A program made the translations under genes and the position numbers. Shown here one piece after another: positions 8,510 through 18,382 of a stretch of DNA of 64,000 nucleotides. The notes under the pieces are model-generated. The model worked only from the letters and a program-made list of their open reading frames with translations. It had not been told where the DNA came from and made no database searches. Numbering within the stretch: position 1 is the first letter of the stretch; the number at the start of each line of letters is the position of its first letter. The stretch comes from Chthoniobacterales bacterium. Lineage in GTDB: Bacteria > Verrucomicrobiota > Verrucomicrobiia > Chthoniobacterales > UBA10450. The DNA is taken from positions 11,871-75,870 of the forward strand of contig JBBPYF010000046.1 of NCBI GenBank assembly GCA_038200165.1. The letters are read 5' to 3'.

Positions 8510-10105
8510 TTACCAACGCGACAGCCGCGTATCGTGCCGGAAATGTGCATCATCAGTTTGCGGATAATCCAGCGTGTAATGCAGGCCCCGGCTCTCCTTC
8601 CGCAGCAGTGCGCTGTCGACAATCAAAGCCGCGACCGTGGCGAGATTCCGCAATTCCAGCAGGTCCACCGAGACTTTGAAGTTCCAGTAAAATTCATGAA
8701 TCTCGCGCTGGAGATTCCGCAATCGCGCGGCCGCGCGCTGCAGCCGTTTATCCGTCCGCACGATACCGACGTAATCCCACATCAGCCGCCGGATTTCGTC
8801 CCAGTTGTGATAGATCACGACCAGCTCGTCGACATCCTGAACATCGCCGGCCTCCCATTCCGGCAACGTGATCTTGTGATCTTGCTCGCGCGGAAATTCA
8901 CGCATCAACGCCGCGCAGGCGCGCGGCGCCACGACCACGCCTTCGAGCAGTGAGTTGCTCGCGAGCCGATTCGCTCCGTGCAATCCCGTGCAGGCCACTT
9001 CACCGATAGCATACAGCCCGCGCAAACTGGTCGCGCCATTCACATCCGTCTTCACTCCGCCGCATTGATAATGCGCCGCCGGCACCACCGGGATCGGCTC
9101 GCGGCTCATGTCGATGCCGAGCGCGAGGCAGCGCTCGAAAATGTGCGGGAAACGCTCGCGCAGAAACGCCTCCGGCTTTTGCGTGATGTCGAGATAAACG
9201 CATTGCGCGCCGCTGCGCTTGATCTCGGCGTCGATCGCTCGCGCCACGATGTCGCGCGGCGCGAGCGAGCGGCGCGCGTCGTATTTGCGCATGAAATCTT
9301 CGCCGCGCGCGTCACGCAGAACGCCGCCTTCGCCGCGCACCGCTTCGCTGATGAGGAACGAGCGCTCCTTCGGATGAAACAGGCACGTCGGATGAAATTG
9401 AATGAATTCCATGTTGGCGATGACCGCGCCCGCCCGCCAGGCCATGGCCACGCCGTCGCCCGTCGCCACCGCCGGATTCGTCGTGTAAAGATAAATCTTG
9501 CCGCAGCCGCCGGTCGCCAGCACCACGCGATCGCTCCGGATCGTTTCGACCGCGCCCGTTTTTTCATCGAGCGAATACAAGCCGAGGCAACGGTCTTCCG
9601 TCGCAAACCCAAGCTTCGCCGCCGTGATCAGATCGATGGCGGTGTGATTCTCGAGCAATTGCACATGCGGCGCTCTGCGTAGCGCCACGAGCAGCGCATT
9701 CTCGATCTCGCGCCCGGTCACATCCTGCACATGAAGGACGCGGCGCTTGGAATGTCCACCTTCGCGCCCGAGGTCGAGCTCGCGATGACCCGACACGTCG
9801 CGCTCGTCGAAATGCACGCCGATCTCCACCAACTCGCGAATCGCTTCCGGGCCCTCCGTCACGATCGTGCGTACGACCGCCTCATCACAAAGTCCCGCGC
9901 CCGCTTCAAGCGTGTCGCGCACGTGCAGTTCGAACGAATCCTCGTCGCTTGTCACGCAGGCGATACCGCCTTGGGCCCACGCCGTGTTCGAGTCGGCGCC
10001 TTTGCGTTTGGTGATCACCGCCACCGAGCCGTGCTGCGCCGCTTTTAAGGCAAAGCTCAGCCCGGCAATCCCGCTGCCGACAACGACAAAATCGAACTCC
10101 TTCAC
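8510..10105 (-). CDS. nadB: L-aspartate oxidase
   Basis: FDFVVVGSGIAGL FAD motif, RSFLISEAVRGEGG and GEVACTGLHGANRLASNSLLE. Confidence 0.95.
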   Translation of the reverse strand: MKEFDFVVVGSGIAGLSFALKAAQHGSVAVITKRKGADSNTAWAQGGIACVTSDEDSFELHVRDTLEAGAGLCDEAVVRTIVTEGPEAIRELVEIGVHFDERDVSGHRELDLGREGGHSKRRVLHVQDVTGREIENALLVALRRAPHVQLLENHTAIDLITAAKLGFATEDRCLGLYSLDEKTGAVETIRSDRVVLATGGCGKIYLYTTNPAVATGDGVAMAWRAGAVIANMEFIQFHPTCLFHPKERSFLISEAVRGEGGVLRDARGEDFMRKYDARRSLAPRDIVARAIDAEIKRSGAQCVYLDITQKPEAFLRERFPHIFERCLALGIDMSREPIPVVPAAHYQCGGVKTDVNGATSLRGLYAIGEVACTGLHGANRLASNSLLEGVVVAPRACAALMREFPREQDHKITLPEWEAGDVQDVDELVVIYHNWDEIRRLMWDYVGIVRTDKRLQRAAARLRNLQREIHEFYWNFKVSVDLLELRNLATVAALIVDSALLRKESRGLHYTLDYPQTDDAHFRHDTRLSRW

Positions 10106-10944
10106 GTCAGTGGCGCGTTATCGATCAAACGCGTTTTGCCGATCCAAACGGCGAGCAACATACGTGCATTCGGGACCACAACCTCCAGCGGCTCCAGCGT
10201 TTCCCCGTCGGCCACGCTGATGTAATCCACCCGTGCGCTTTTGGCCGATCGGATCAGTTCATCAGCTGACTCGATTAATTCTGCAACCAACGTCTTACCG
10301 CCGGAGACCTGCTCCTTCGCCTGCGTCAGTGCGCGATGCAACACTGCCGCGTCCCTGCGCTCGTCGGCATCGAGATACTGATTGCGCGAACTCAGCGCCA
10401 AGCCATCGCTCTCCCGCACCGTGGGCACCGCAATGATTTCGCTCGGAAAATTCAGATCGCGCACCATGCGCCGAATAACCGCGAGCTGTTGATAATCCTT
10501 TTCCCCAAAAACGGCCGCGGCGGGCTGGAGCAGATTAAACAACTTTGCCACCACCGTGCAGACGCCGCGGAAATGGCCCGGACGCGAGGCGCCTTCAAAA
10601 CGCCGCGACAACTCCGTTTCATCGACATGCGCAGAACTATCGGGCGCATACATCTCATGCACATTCGGCCGGAACAGCATGTTAACTCCAGCGTCCCGAC
10701 AGAGCTGCTCATCCCACTCGATTTGGCGCGGATACTTCTCGAAATCCGACCCTGGCTCGAATTGCAGCGGATTAACGAAAATGCTTACTGCCACTTCACC
10801 TTCCGTGCCGGCATATCCTCTTGCGGCACGGATCAATTCCACATGACCGCGATGCAGCGCGCCCATCGTGGGCACGAGCACACCTCGCCTCGCGCGTCGG
10901 GCTGACTGCGCCTGCGCCGCAGCGACCGTCTCGATGATCTTCAT
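10102..10944 (-). CDS. panC: Pantoate--beta-alanine ligase
   Basis: VPTMGALHRGH, FVNPLQF and FGEKDYQQ motifs. 4-nt overlaps with both neighbours. Confidence 0.95.
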   Translation of the reverse strand: MKIIETVAAAQAQSARRARRGVLVPTMGALHRGHVELIRAARGYAGTEGEVAVSIFVNPLQFEPGSDFEKYPRQIEWDEQLCRDAGVNMLFRPNVHEMYAPDSSAHVDETELSRRFEGASRPGHFRGVCTVVAKLFNLLQPAAAVFGEKDYQQLAVIRRMVRDLNFPSEIIAVPTVRESDGLALSSRNQYLDADERRDAAVLHRALTQAKEQVSGGKTLVAELIESADELIRSAKSARVDYISVADGETLEPLEVVVPNARMLLAVWIGKTRLIDNAPLT

Positions 10945-11636
10945 GTCCGGTCAATCCAGAGCGCCTGCCGGCCGGTCGCAAATCGCCGGTGACCAAAGTT
11001 CGTCCATCCGGCACGTCGCGCCAGTTCTGCCATCTCGCCAAAGCTGAATGCTCGCGCCGCTGAAAGTCGCGCGTCGATGCGCGTCATTTTCTCCCAATAA
11101 AAGAGCGCCGTCATCAAGCCGACCGCCATGCTCAACCACCGCGCTCGGCGTAAATCCGCGACGAGCACGGCGCCGCGGGAAAGCTCGCGACATCGGCGGA
11201 GAACGCGCACGGCATCAGCTTCACTGAAATGATGGAGCGCGAGGGAGCACAGCACGATGTCGGACAGCCCCGGCGCATTCCATTGAAACAAATCGGCGGC
11301 GGCGAAATTGATCTCGGGAAAGTCATGGCTCAGCGCTCGTGCGATTTCGATGGTGGCGCTTTGCTGATCAATCGCATCAATCTCCACGCCCACGTTGTTG
11401 GCGCGGGCAAAACGCATGATGATCCGCGGGATGTCACCCGAGCCGGTGGCGAGATCGAGCACGCGAACGTGCGTATTCGGCTTCAGCCAGCGCCGCAGAA
11501 AATACCGCACAAGCCGATGGCTGCCGAAGCGGCGATTGAGTGAGCGCAAATTCGCCAGGTCGCGCTCGAGCTCGGGCGTGACCGGCTGCGGCCGGTCCAT
11601 CAGCTCCGGGTTAGCGACATCGAAACTGCGTTTCAA
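10941..11636 (-). CDS. Class I SAM-dependent methyltransferase
   Basis: VRVLDLATGSGDIP (motif I) and DIVLCSLALHHF. The start codon lies inside the family-B palindrome. Confidence 0.8.
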   Translation of the reverse strand: MKRSFDVANPELMDRPQPVTPELERDLANLRSLNRRFGSHRLVRYFLRRWLKPNTHVRVLDLATGSGDIPRIIMRFARANNVGVEIDAIDQQSATIEIARALSHDFPEINFAAADLFQWNAPGLSDIVLCSLALHHFSEADAVRVLRRCRELSRGAVLVADLRRARWLSMAVGLMTALFYWEKMTRIDARLSAARAFSFGEMAELARRAGWTNFGHRRFATGRQALWIDRT

Positions 11637-12424
11637 TGTGAATGGTGATCAGTGAACGGTGAACGGCGCTTCCTTTTCTGATCACTATTCACATTACCGT
11701 CCCCCAAGAATCGCTGCCACTGGACTGGCAACTCCGCCGTCTCGATCTCGCTCGCGATCCTGCCTTCGAACTCCGGATGAAATACGGTGCTCGTTCCGTA
11801 AACCATGATCGCATCCTCGCTTCCCTCCACTCGCAACGCATGCGCCACGCCGGGCGGGATGATGACACCGGCGTTGTTCGCGCCGCGATGATTATCGCCA
11901 TCGATGAACAGCCGCATCGTGCGGCGCGGCAGACCGGCTCGAAGATCGCGCAGGATGAGCTCGACGCGACCCTGCACGAAAAACATGATGTCCCATTGTT
12001 CGCGATCGTAATGCGGGAGCGCGCTCGGTTTTTCGCCAAAAAGCTGCTGCATCCATTCGGCCGGCTCTTTTCCCTCAGGCACAAACGGCGGATGAACGTG
12101 AAAACCTTTCGCTGTGTTCGCGAACATGCGCGCGGCCGCCCATTGTTTCGGCCAGAGTTTGGAAGCAGCGAGCGCGCCTTCGTTCTGCCGTACGAACTCG
12201 CCGAATAATCCACGGTGCCGCTGCGCGTGAATGCTGCGCGCAAAAATCTCGACGCCGGGAATCCATATGCTGGCCAACTCCTCGCGCTTCGCCGCTACGA
12301 TCTGGCCCGCTTCCAATCCGCTGCTGGCCAGCCGCTCCGTGAGCGAGGGCGCGGCGTAATCGCGCGTGCTCATTGCCCTCGACATTTCCGGCTGCAAACC
12401 GCGCCAAAGATTCGTCTCACTCAT
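11633..12424 (-). CDS. RmlC-like cupin (sugar-nucleotide epimerase family)
   Basis: KGFHVHPP, DIMFFVQGRVELILRD and GVIIPPGVAHAL resemble dTDP-4-dehydrorhamnose 3,5-epimerase-type cupins. The C-terminal tail ..NVNSDQKRKRRSPFTDHHSH is encoded by the family-B palindrome. Confidence 0.7.
   Translation of the reverse strand: MSETNLWRGLQPEMSRAMSTRDYAAPSLTERLASSGLEAGQIVAAKREELASIWIPGVEIFARSIHAQRHRGLFGEFVRQNEGALAASKLWPKQWAAARMFANTAKGFHVHPPFVPEGKEPAEWMQQLFGEKPSALPHYDREQWDIMFFVQGRVELILRDLRAGLPRRTMRLFIDGDNHRGANNAGVIIPPGVAHALRVEGSEDAIMVYGTSTVFHPEFEGRIASEIETAELPVQWQRFLGDGNVNSDQKRKRRSPFTDHHSH
11635..11695. repeat. Family-B GTGA-rich palindrome
   Basis: aatgtgaatggtgatcag ... ctgatcactattcacatt. The arms are 17/18 complementary around a ~25-nt loop. 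Confidence 0.8.
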
Positions 12425-14052
12425 GGCTGCGCCTCAACTAACGAGAAATCTCCGCGCTCGCGAGAAAGATTTGGATTGTAAAATGGATCGCGCGCGAACA
12501 CCTCGGGCCAGCGCTGGGCCAGGTGCGGGCACGACTCTGCTGCAGGCACGTGCTGCGAGGCCCGGCGCACTTGCGCATATGGAACGGAAACGATGCGCAG
12601 CCCCTCGCCACGCAGCTGCAGGCAATACTCGACTGCCGCACACACTCCGCTGAATCCGTTCGCGCCAGGCACAGCAAACCGCGCCCAAACTTCGCGACGC
12701 GTCATCAAACACGACGGGCTCACTGCGCTGTAATTCCGCACCGTTTGCAGTTGCCGATTAGCTCCGCGGAAATCCGGCTGCATCCGGCCGAAGGCGTGTA
12801 GAAGTTTTCCGCCGGGCAGCAGAATCAATCCGGCCGTCTCCACCGTGTCATCCGCAGCCATAATCCGCGGCGCGACAACACCGACGCCATCGCCTTGCGC
12901 ATACTCAGCGAGAACAGAAAGCCAGCTCTTCTGCAGTGGCTCGAGATCGCGATCGAGGAAAAGCAGCAGTTCGGATCGTGCATCCAACAGGGCCGCCGGT
13001 TCACTTAGAATTTCGAAATTGTCGCCTGCGGTGAGTTCTTCGATGCGCGCTCGTTCGCGCGGAGTCGCATCAAACATCACCAACGCAATCCTCGGCGGGG
13101 TGACCTGCCTCCGAACGCGATAAACGTGCGTTTCCCAATCAACAGTCACGCGCGCGTCGGTTCCGCGTCGTTCCAGATGTTCCTCGAGCGCACGTCGCCC
13201 CGCTTCCAGCGCGCCCGGCTTTCGCCGGATGTTATGGGCCGTCGATTCCTTGGTTCGCCGCCAGTGATAGAGCACGCGCGGAATGTGCCGGATGCGCTCG
13301 GTCTTCTCGGAAATGCGCAGAAGCAAATCGTAATCCTGCGCGCCATCGAAGCCACTGCGGAACTCGTCGACGAAATCACGGCGAATGACGACAAAGTGCC
13401 CGAGGTAATCGTGCGTCAGAAAAAAATCGGGCGACCAATCCGACTTCAGCATGGGCGCGGCGAAATGTTCATCGATAATTTTGTCTTCGTCGGAATAAAT
13501 AACGTCGACGGCGCGATCATGTTGCAGGAGTTCGATGGCGCGAAAAAGCGCATCCGGTTCGAGCAGGTCATCGTGATCGAGGAGCGCGATCCAGTCACCG
13601 CGGGCGTGTGAAAGCGCCACGTTCAACGCCGCAGAAATGCCGGCGTGCTGTTTCTCGAAGAACACCCGCACCCGCGAATCAGTGACCTGCTCGAGCAGCT
13701 TTGCTGGCGAGGCCGACGCATCATCAACGATGATGAGCTCCCAGTTCTCGTAGTTTTGGCCCAGCGCCGACCCGATCGCGCCGGCCAAATATTTCTCGTT
13801 AGAATTGAACGTCGGCATGAGAACCGAGACGAGCGGTTGATAGACGAAGGCGTGTGCTTCCTCGCGCAATCGCCGCACGTCATCTGTCGCCAAGCGATGC
13901 CGCGCCAACCAGCATTCGTATTCGCTCAGCTCGACCGGTGCGGTTTTCCGTGAACGGAAAAAACGAAATGGCGCGCCGAGGATTTTGGCGACGCGGCCTT
14001 GTGCGCTGCGGCGCAATTGCCGGTGCTCCTCGCGCAGCTCCTCGCCATCCAT
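12421..14052 (-). CDS. Glycosyltransferase family 2
   Basis: VSVLMPTFNSNEKYLAGAIGSALGQNYENWELIIVDDAS and ..LDHDD.. A second Rossmann-like half follows. Confidence 0.85.
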   Translation of the reverse strand: MDGEELREEHRQLRRSAQGRVAKILGAPFRFFRSRKTAPVELSEYECWLARHRLATDDVRRLREEAHAFVYQPLVSVLMPTFNSNEKYLAGAIGSALGQNYENWELIIVDDASASPAKLLEQVTDSRVRVFFEKQHAGISAALNVALSHARGDWIALLDHDDLLEPDALFRAIELLQHDRAVDVIYSDEDKIIDEHFAAPMLKSDWSPDFFLTHDYLGHFVVIRRDFVDEFRSGFDGAQDYDLLLRISEKTERIRHIPRVLYHWRRTKESTAHNIRRKPGALEAGRRALEEHLERRGTDARVTVDWETHVYRVRRQVTPPRIALVMFDATPRERARIEELTAGDNFEILSEPAALLDARSELLLFLDRDLEPLQKSWLSVLAEYAQGDGVGVVAPRIMAADDTVETAGLILLPGGKLLHAFGRMQPDFRGANRQLQTVRNYSAVSPSCLMTRREVWARFAVPGANGFSGVCAAVEYCLQLRGEGLRIVSVPYAQVRRASQHVPAAESCPHLAQRWPEVFARDPFYNPNLSRERGDFSLVEAQP

Positions 14053-14106
14053 CGGTCGCAGTATATTGTGCGCGCGCGGGCAAATCTACTCTGCGCCGCC
14101 GCCGGC

Positions 14107-15993
14107 ATGCTCCAGTATTGCGTCTATCTCATTTATCGCGCCGCTGTTTTTCTCCTTGGATTACTGCCGCTGCCGGCGCTGTTTGCACTCGGGCAATTCT
14201 GCGGCGCCATCGCGTGGGCCGTTCTTCCGCAATATCGCGCGCTCGCTTTACGAAATGTGCGCATCGCCTTCGCTGACGAGCTTTCGAAGTGCGACGCGCG
14301 ACGGCTGGTGCGGCGGCATTTCCAGCGTCTCGGCGCGAATCTGCTTTGCTCGATCAAGTTCACGCAATTGCCCGCTGAAAGAATTCTCGAGCGTGTGCGG
14401 GTGGAGAATTTCCATCACATGACGGATTGCCTGGCGGCGGAAAAGCCGCTGGTCCTGCTGCTCAGCCACATCGGCCCGTGGGAAGTTTGCGCGCAATTGC
14501 TCCCGCATTTCACTGGGCAATCGCGCAAGGCGACCATATATCAGCGCCTGCGCAATCGCCATATTGACGCTCACGTGCGCCTGGCCCGAAGCCGCTTCGG
14601 CAACGAAATGCTCGATCGCGGCGAAGGTTTCGCCAAAGCGCTGCGATTACTGCGCGGCAGCAATATCGTGGGAATTCTCGGTGATCAACATGCCGGCGAC
14701 AGCGGAATCTGGACGCCGTTCTTTGGGCGTATCGCTTCGACAACGCCGCTTCCCGCGCTGCTCGCGCGGCGCACCGGCGCGCAGATCGTTGCCCTTGCGG
14801 TGCACACCGATGGCTTCGCTCGCTGGCGCGCGATTGCCGAGCCTCCGATCACGGTCGAGCGCGAATCGGTCGAGTCGCTCACGGCGCGCGGGAATGAGCT
14901 CATCGAGCGGCAGGTGCGGCGCGCGCCGGAAGACTGGTTCTGGGTTCATGATCGCTGGAAAACGCCGCGTCCGAATCTTCTGCTCGCGCGCTACAAGCGC
15001 GGCGTCTTCGTGCCACCGGGCGCAACGCTCAAGCCATTTCGCATTTTCATCCGGAGCACGAATTGGCTCGGTGATGCCGTGATGAGCGTGCCGGCGGTGC
15101 GCGTGATCAAGGCCGGTCGGCCCGATGCGCACGTTACGGTGGCTGCGCCGGAGAAGATCGCCGCCGTTTGGAAAATCGTGCCGGAGGTGGACGAAGTCAT
15201 CGCGTTGCCGCGCAACTCGCTCATCCACGTCGTGCCACGCCTGCGGCAACACAATCCTTTCGACGTTGCGATCCTGTTTCCGAATTCGTTCCGCAGCGCG
15301 CTGGAAGTCTTTCTGGCGCGAGTGCCGCGGCGCGTCGGCTTCACTGGACACGCTCGCCGATTCCTTCTCAATCAGGAATCCTTCGCCACACGCGCGCGCG
15401 GAATCGTTCATCAAACCATTAGATATCTCGAGCTGGCCAGCACCATTGGTGCAGTCGTGCGTCAGGATTTTCCGGCCCCGCGAGCGATCAACCGGCAACG
15501 GCGGCCGCTCAAATTCGCGATCTGTCCAGGCGCGGAATACGGGCCGGCGAAGCGCTGGCTGCCGGAACGTTTCGCGGAAGTGGCGAGGGGAATCAGCGCC
15601 GAGTTTCCGATGCGATGGATTCTCTTCGGCACGGAGAAAGACGCCGCTGTGTGCGCGGAGGTGGCGAGTGCGATCGGCCATGGCGTGGAAAACCGCGCGG
15701 GGCAAACCAATCTCGAGGAACTCATCGCTCAACTGCGCGAATGCGATGCCCTCCTGACCAATGACACAGGCACGATGCATCTCGCCGCTTTGTTACGCGT
15801 TCCGGTGGTGGCGATCTTCGGTTCGACCGAGCCGCGCAAAACGATGCCGCTCGGGCTGGGCCACCGCCTTCTGCGCCACCACGTGGAATGCAGCCCCTGT
15901 TTTCTGCGCGAATGCCCGCTCGATTTCCGCTGCATGCACGCGGTGAGGAGCGCGGAAGTGATTAATGCCATTCGGCAAATGGTGAAGCAGTGA
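14107..15993 (+). CDS. Fusion protein: LpxL/HtrB-type lipid A acyltransferase (N) + GT9 heptosyltransferase (C)
   Basis: N half: LLSHIGPWE (HX4E), GILGDQHAG and the canonical family end EDWFWVHDRWK (to ~14964). C half from ~15034: RIFIRSTNWLGDAVMSVPAV, GAEYGPAKRWLPERF and NDTGTMHLAALLRVPVVAIFGSTEP. I prefer ATG 14107 over the tracked start at 13999, which overlaps the divergent gene. Confidence 0.85.
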   Translation: MLQYCVYLIYRAAVFLLGLLPLPALFALGQFCGAIAWAVLPQYRALALRNVRIAFADELSKCDARRLVRRHFQRLGANLLCSIKFTQLPAERILERVRVENFHHMTDCLAAEKPLVLLLSHIGPWEVCAQLLPHFTGQSRKATIYQRLRNRHIDAHVRLARSRFGNEMLDRGEGFAKALRLLRGSNIVGILGDQHAGDSGIWTPFFGRIASTTPLPALLARRTGAQIVALAVHTDGFARWRAIAEPPITVERESVESLTARGNELIERQVRRAPEDWFWVHDRWKTPRPNLLLARYKRGVFVPPGATLKPFRIFIRSTNWLGDAVMSVPAVRVIKAGRPDAHVTVAAPEKIAAVWKIVPEVDEVIALPRNSLIHVVPRLRQHNPFDVAILFPNSFRSALEVFLARVPRRVGFTGHARRFLLNQESFATRARGIVHQTIRYLELASTIGAVVRQDFPAPRAINRQRRPLKFAICPGAEYGPAKRWLPERFAEVARGISAEFPMRWILFGTEKDAAVCAEVASAIGHGVENRAGQTNLEELIAQLRECDALLTNDTGTMHLAALLRVPVVAIFGSTEPRKTMPLGLGHRLLRHHVECSPCFLRECPLDFRCMHAVRSAEVINAIRQMVKQ

Positions 15994-15997
15994 GGAC

Positions 15998-16064
15998 GGT
16001 GAGGGGCGAGAAGTGAGAAGTGAAGCGGCAATCAGCATTCAGTTCTCACTTCTCACCTGTCACC
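15998..16064. repeat. GTGAG-rich palindrome (family-B-like), possible terminator
   Basis: ggtgaggggcgagaagtgagaagtgaa - 13-nt loop - ttcagttctcacttctcacctgtcacc, starting 5 nt after the stop of the fusion gene. Confidence 0.7.
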
Positions 16065-16114
16065 TCCTCGACCTCCCGTTGCGTTCCCTCATTTCCTCCT
16101 CATCATCTGCCCAC

Positions 16115-16534
16115 ATGAGCGCGCTCGAAGCTCCACGCATTCGCACTGAAATGCAGGTGATGTTCTTCGACACCGACTGCGGCGGCGTGGTGCATAACAG
16201 CGCTTACCTTCGTTTCATCGAGATAACGCGTACATTACTGGCGGAGCAGCTCGGAATGGCACTGACTGAGATGGCCGCGACGCAGAAGTATCCCGTCGTC
16301 GTTCGCACTGAAATTGATTATCGCCGCGCGGCCAAACTCGCCGACAAGCTCGTCATCGAGGGATGGCTCGACCAGGTGGCACGTGCCCGGTTTTGGTGCG
16401 CGTTTCGAATCGTTCGACCGGCCGACGGCGCGCTCATTGCCGAATGCCGGCAAACGCTTGCGCTGGTGCAAATGCCGGCGGCGAAGATTCTGCCGCTGCC
16501 CAATGAGTGGGAGCAATATCGCACCGCGTCTTGA
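16115..16534 (+). CDS. Acyl-CoA thioesterase, 4HBT/YbgC family
   Basis: MFFDTDCGGVVHNSAYLRFIE hot-dog fold signature. ATG at 16115 preferred over the tracked 16013. Confidence 0.8.
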   Translation: MSALEAPRIRTEMQVMFFDTDCGGVVHNSAYLRFIEITRTLLAEQLGMALTEMAATQKYPVVVRTEIDYRRAAKLADKLVIEGWLDQVARARFWCAFRIVRPADGALIAECRQTLALVQMPAAKILPLPNEWEQYRTAS

Positions 16535-16535
16535 T

Positions 16536-18329
16536 ATGAGCGCAGGCACCGGCGTATTGCGCATCGACGAAGCCTTCCTCGGTCCGCGCGCGTTGCCCCC
16601 GCCGCCGACGCGGCACGCGCTCTTCGCCATCGTCATTGCCCTCGCGGCGCTCGTTCATCTCGGCAGCATCGGGATCGGCGATCTCTACAGCGAAACCGAA
16701 GGCCAGTATGCCGCAGCCGCGCGCGAGATGCTGGGCAGCGGTCACCTGCTCATGCCGACGAACGACAGCATTCCCCGGTTGCAAAAACCGCCGCTGCTCT
16801 ACTGGCTCATCATCGGCAGCTACAAACTTTTCGGCGTCAACGCCGCCGCCGCGCGCGTGCCGATCGCGCTCTCGGTCATCGTGATTACCGCACTGACTTT
16901 CGTCATCGGTGAGCGGCTGCGCGATTACTGGCGCGGATTCGCCGCGGCGATGATTTATCTCACCTGCAGCGGCACATTCGTGCTGGCGCGAATTGTCATG
17001 CCCGAGCCGTTGTTCAGCGCGCTCATTGCCGGGGCGATTTATTGCGCGCTGGCCGGTTTTCAGGAACGCAAACGGCGCGTCGTTTGGTTCGCCGGTTTCT
17101 GGATCTGCGCCGCGCTCGCTTGCCTTACCAAGGGCCCGCACGGCCTGCTTGTACCGGCCTGCACCGTCGCCGTGCTCGCGATTTTCTACCGTGAAGCGCG
17201 CATCCGTTTTCGCTCGCTCTTACGCTGGCCATATCTGGCGCTGTTCGCGCTCATCGTCGCGCCGTGGAATATCTGGATCGAAACGCATTTCAACGGTTCG
17301 TTTCATTCGCTCGTTTTTTCCGAGTGGAGCAAACATCTCCTCGGACGCTATCCCGGCGGCACCTGGTTTGACGATGTGCCGCGGCTGCAATTTGCGGTGA
17401 ATCATCTCGCCTGGTGGTTCCCATGGAGCTTCGTGATTTTACCGGCCCTGTTGTTTGCCTGGCGACGCGTCATCCGCCCGCGCGAGGTCAGCTTCGAAGA
17501 TGCGTTGCCGCTGGCATGGGCGGCCGTTGTTTTCATCCCAGTGCTGCTGATCGGTCAGCGGCAGGATTATTATGCGCTGAGCATGTTCAGCGCTTTCGCC
17601 CTCTGTGCCGCCATGGTCTTCGAGCGCGCGCCCAATGGCCTGCGCTACGCCGGCACAGTTTGCATCGCGGTGATGGGCGTGGCTGTCGGTCTGATCGCGC
17701 TGGCGCTTCCGGCGTTGCTGCCACCGCACGATCGCAACTGGGGCGAGACCGATTTTCGCTGGACTGCGTGGAAGGCGCTGGGCGACATGCCGGTGAGCAC
17801 GTGGGCACATTTCCGCCCGCTGCTTTTCCTTACCGCGCTTGGCCTCTTCAGTGGTGCGTTTCTGACGATTCATGCGCTGCGTCGCGGACGGGAAAAGATT
17901 GCCGTCGCTGGACTTGCCGCGGGAATGATCGCGGCGGGCTTATGCATGATCAGCGCCGTCGCGCGGGTCGCGCCCTATTTCTCGCTGGCGGACGCGGCGC
18001 GATTTCTCAACGCGCGGCTGGGAGCAAACGGCGAAGTGCTTTTCGAAGGACCGCCCGGCATCGCGAGCAGCCTCGGTTTTTATTTGCAGCGTCCATTTGC
18101 GCTCGTGAATCAGCATCCCGACCCGCGTCTGCCGCTCACGGCTGAACAACGCGCATTGTTCCTCGAGCAGAGCGCCGCGCTCGAGCAATGGCGCTCGCCG
18201 CGCCCCGTCTTTCTCATTATCGAGCAGGACCGGGTGAGCCATTGGCGCGAGCTGCTCACTGACACGTTCCACGTTTATCACCAGGTGGCGACTTCCGGCA
18301 CCTACGTCATCCTGTGTAATCAGATGTAA
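16536..18329 (+). CDS. ArnT/PMT-like GT-C glycosyltransferase (undecaprenyl-phosphate-sugar dependent)
   Basis: ETEGQYAAAAREMLGSGHLLMPTNDSIPRLQKPPLLYWLI plus about 12 TM helices. ATG 16536 lies 1 nt after the thioesterase stop. The tracked N-extension overlaps that gene. Confidence 0.8.
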   Translation: MSAGTGVLRIDEAFLGPRALPPPPTRHALFAIVIALAALVHLGSIGIGDLYSETEGQYAAAAREMLGSGHLLMPTNDSIPRLQKPPLLYWLIIGSYKLFGVNAAAARVPIALSVIVITALTFVIGERLRDYWRGFAAAMIYLTCSGTFVLARIVMPEPLFSALIAGAIYCALAGFQERKRRVVWFAGFWICAALACLTKGPHGLLVPACTVAVLAIFYREARIRFRSLLRWPYLALFALIVAPWNIWIETHFNGSFHSLVFSEWSKHLLGRYPGGTWFDDVPRLQFAVNHLAWWFPWSFVILPALLFAWRRVIRPREVSFEDALPLAWAAVVFIPVLLIGQRQDYYALSMFSAFALCAAMVFERAPNGLRYAGTVCIAVMGVAVGLIALALPALLPPHDRNWGETDFRWTAWKALGDMPVSTWAHFRPLLFLTALGLFSGAFLTIHALRRGREKIAVAGLAAGMIAAGLCMISAVARVAPYFSLADAARFLNARLGANGEVLFEGPPGIASSLGFYLQRPFALVNQHPDPRLPLTAEQRALFLEQSAALEQWRSPRPVFLIIEQDRVSHWRELLTDTFHVYHQVATSGTYVILCNQM

Positions 18330-18382
18330 TCGCCACCCTGGTTGAAAAATGAACGGGCCGCATTACCGTCGCGCTCTGCTTT

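Noticed and set aside
14647-15780. Long ORFs antisense to, or out of frame with, confidently called genes. Examples are 14647-15780(-), 46871-47863(-), 41191-42126(+), 45597-46385(-), 37854-38600(-), 25778-26680(-), 21044-21871(-), 24510-25307(+) and 8978-9682(+).
   Set aside because: Their translations are Arg/Ala/Pro/Gly-rich with no motifs. Each fully overlaps a gene with strong family signatures. Such shadow ORFs are expected at about 60% G+C.
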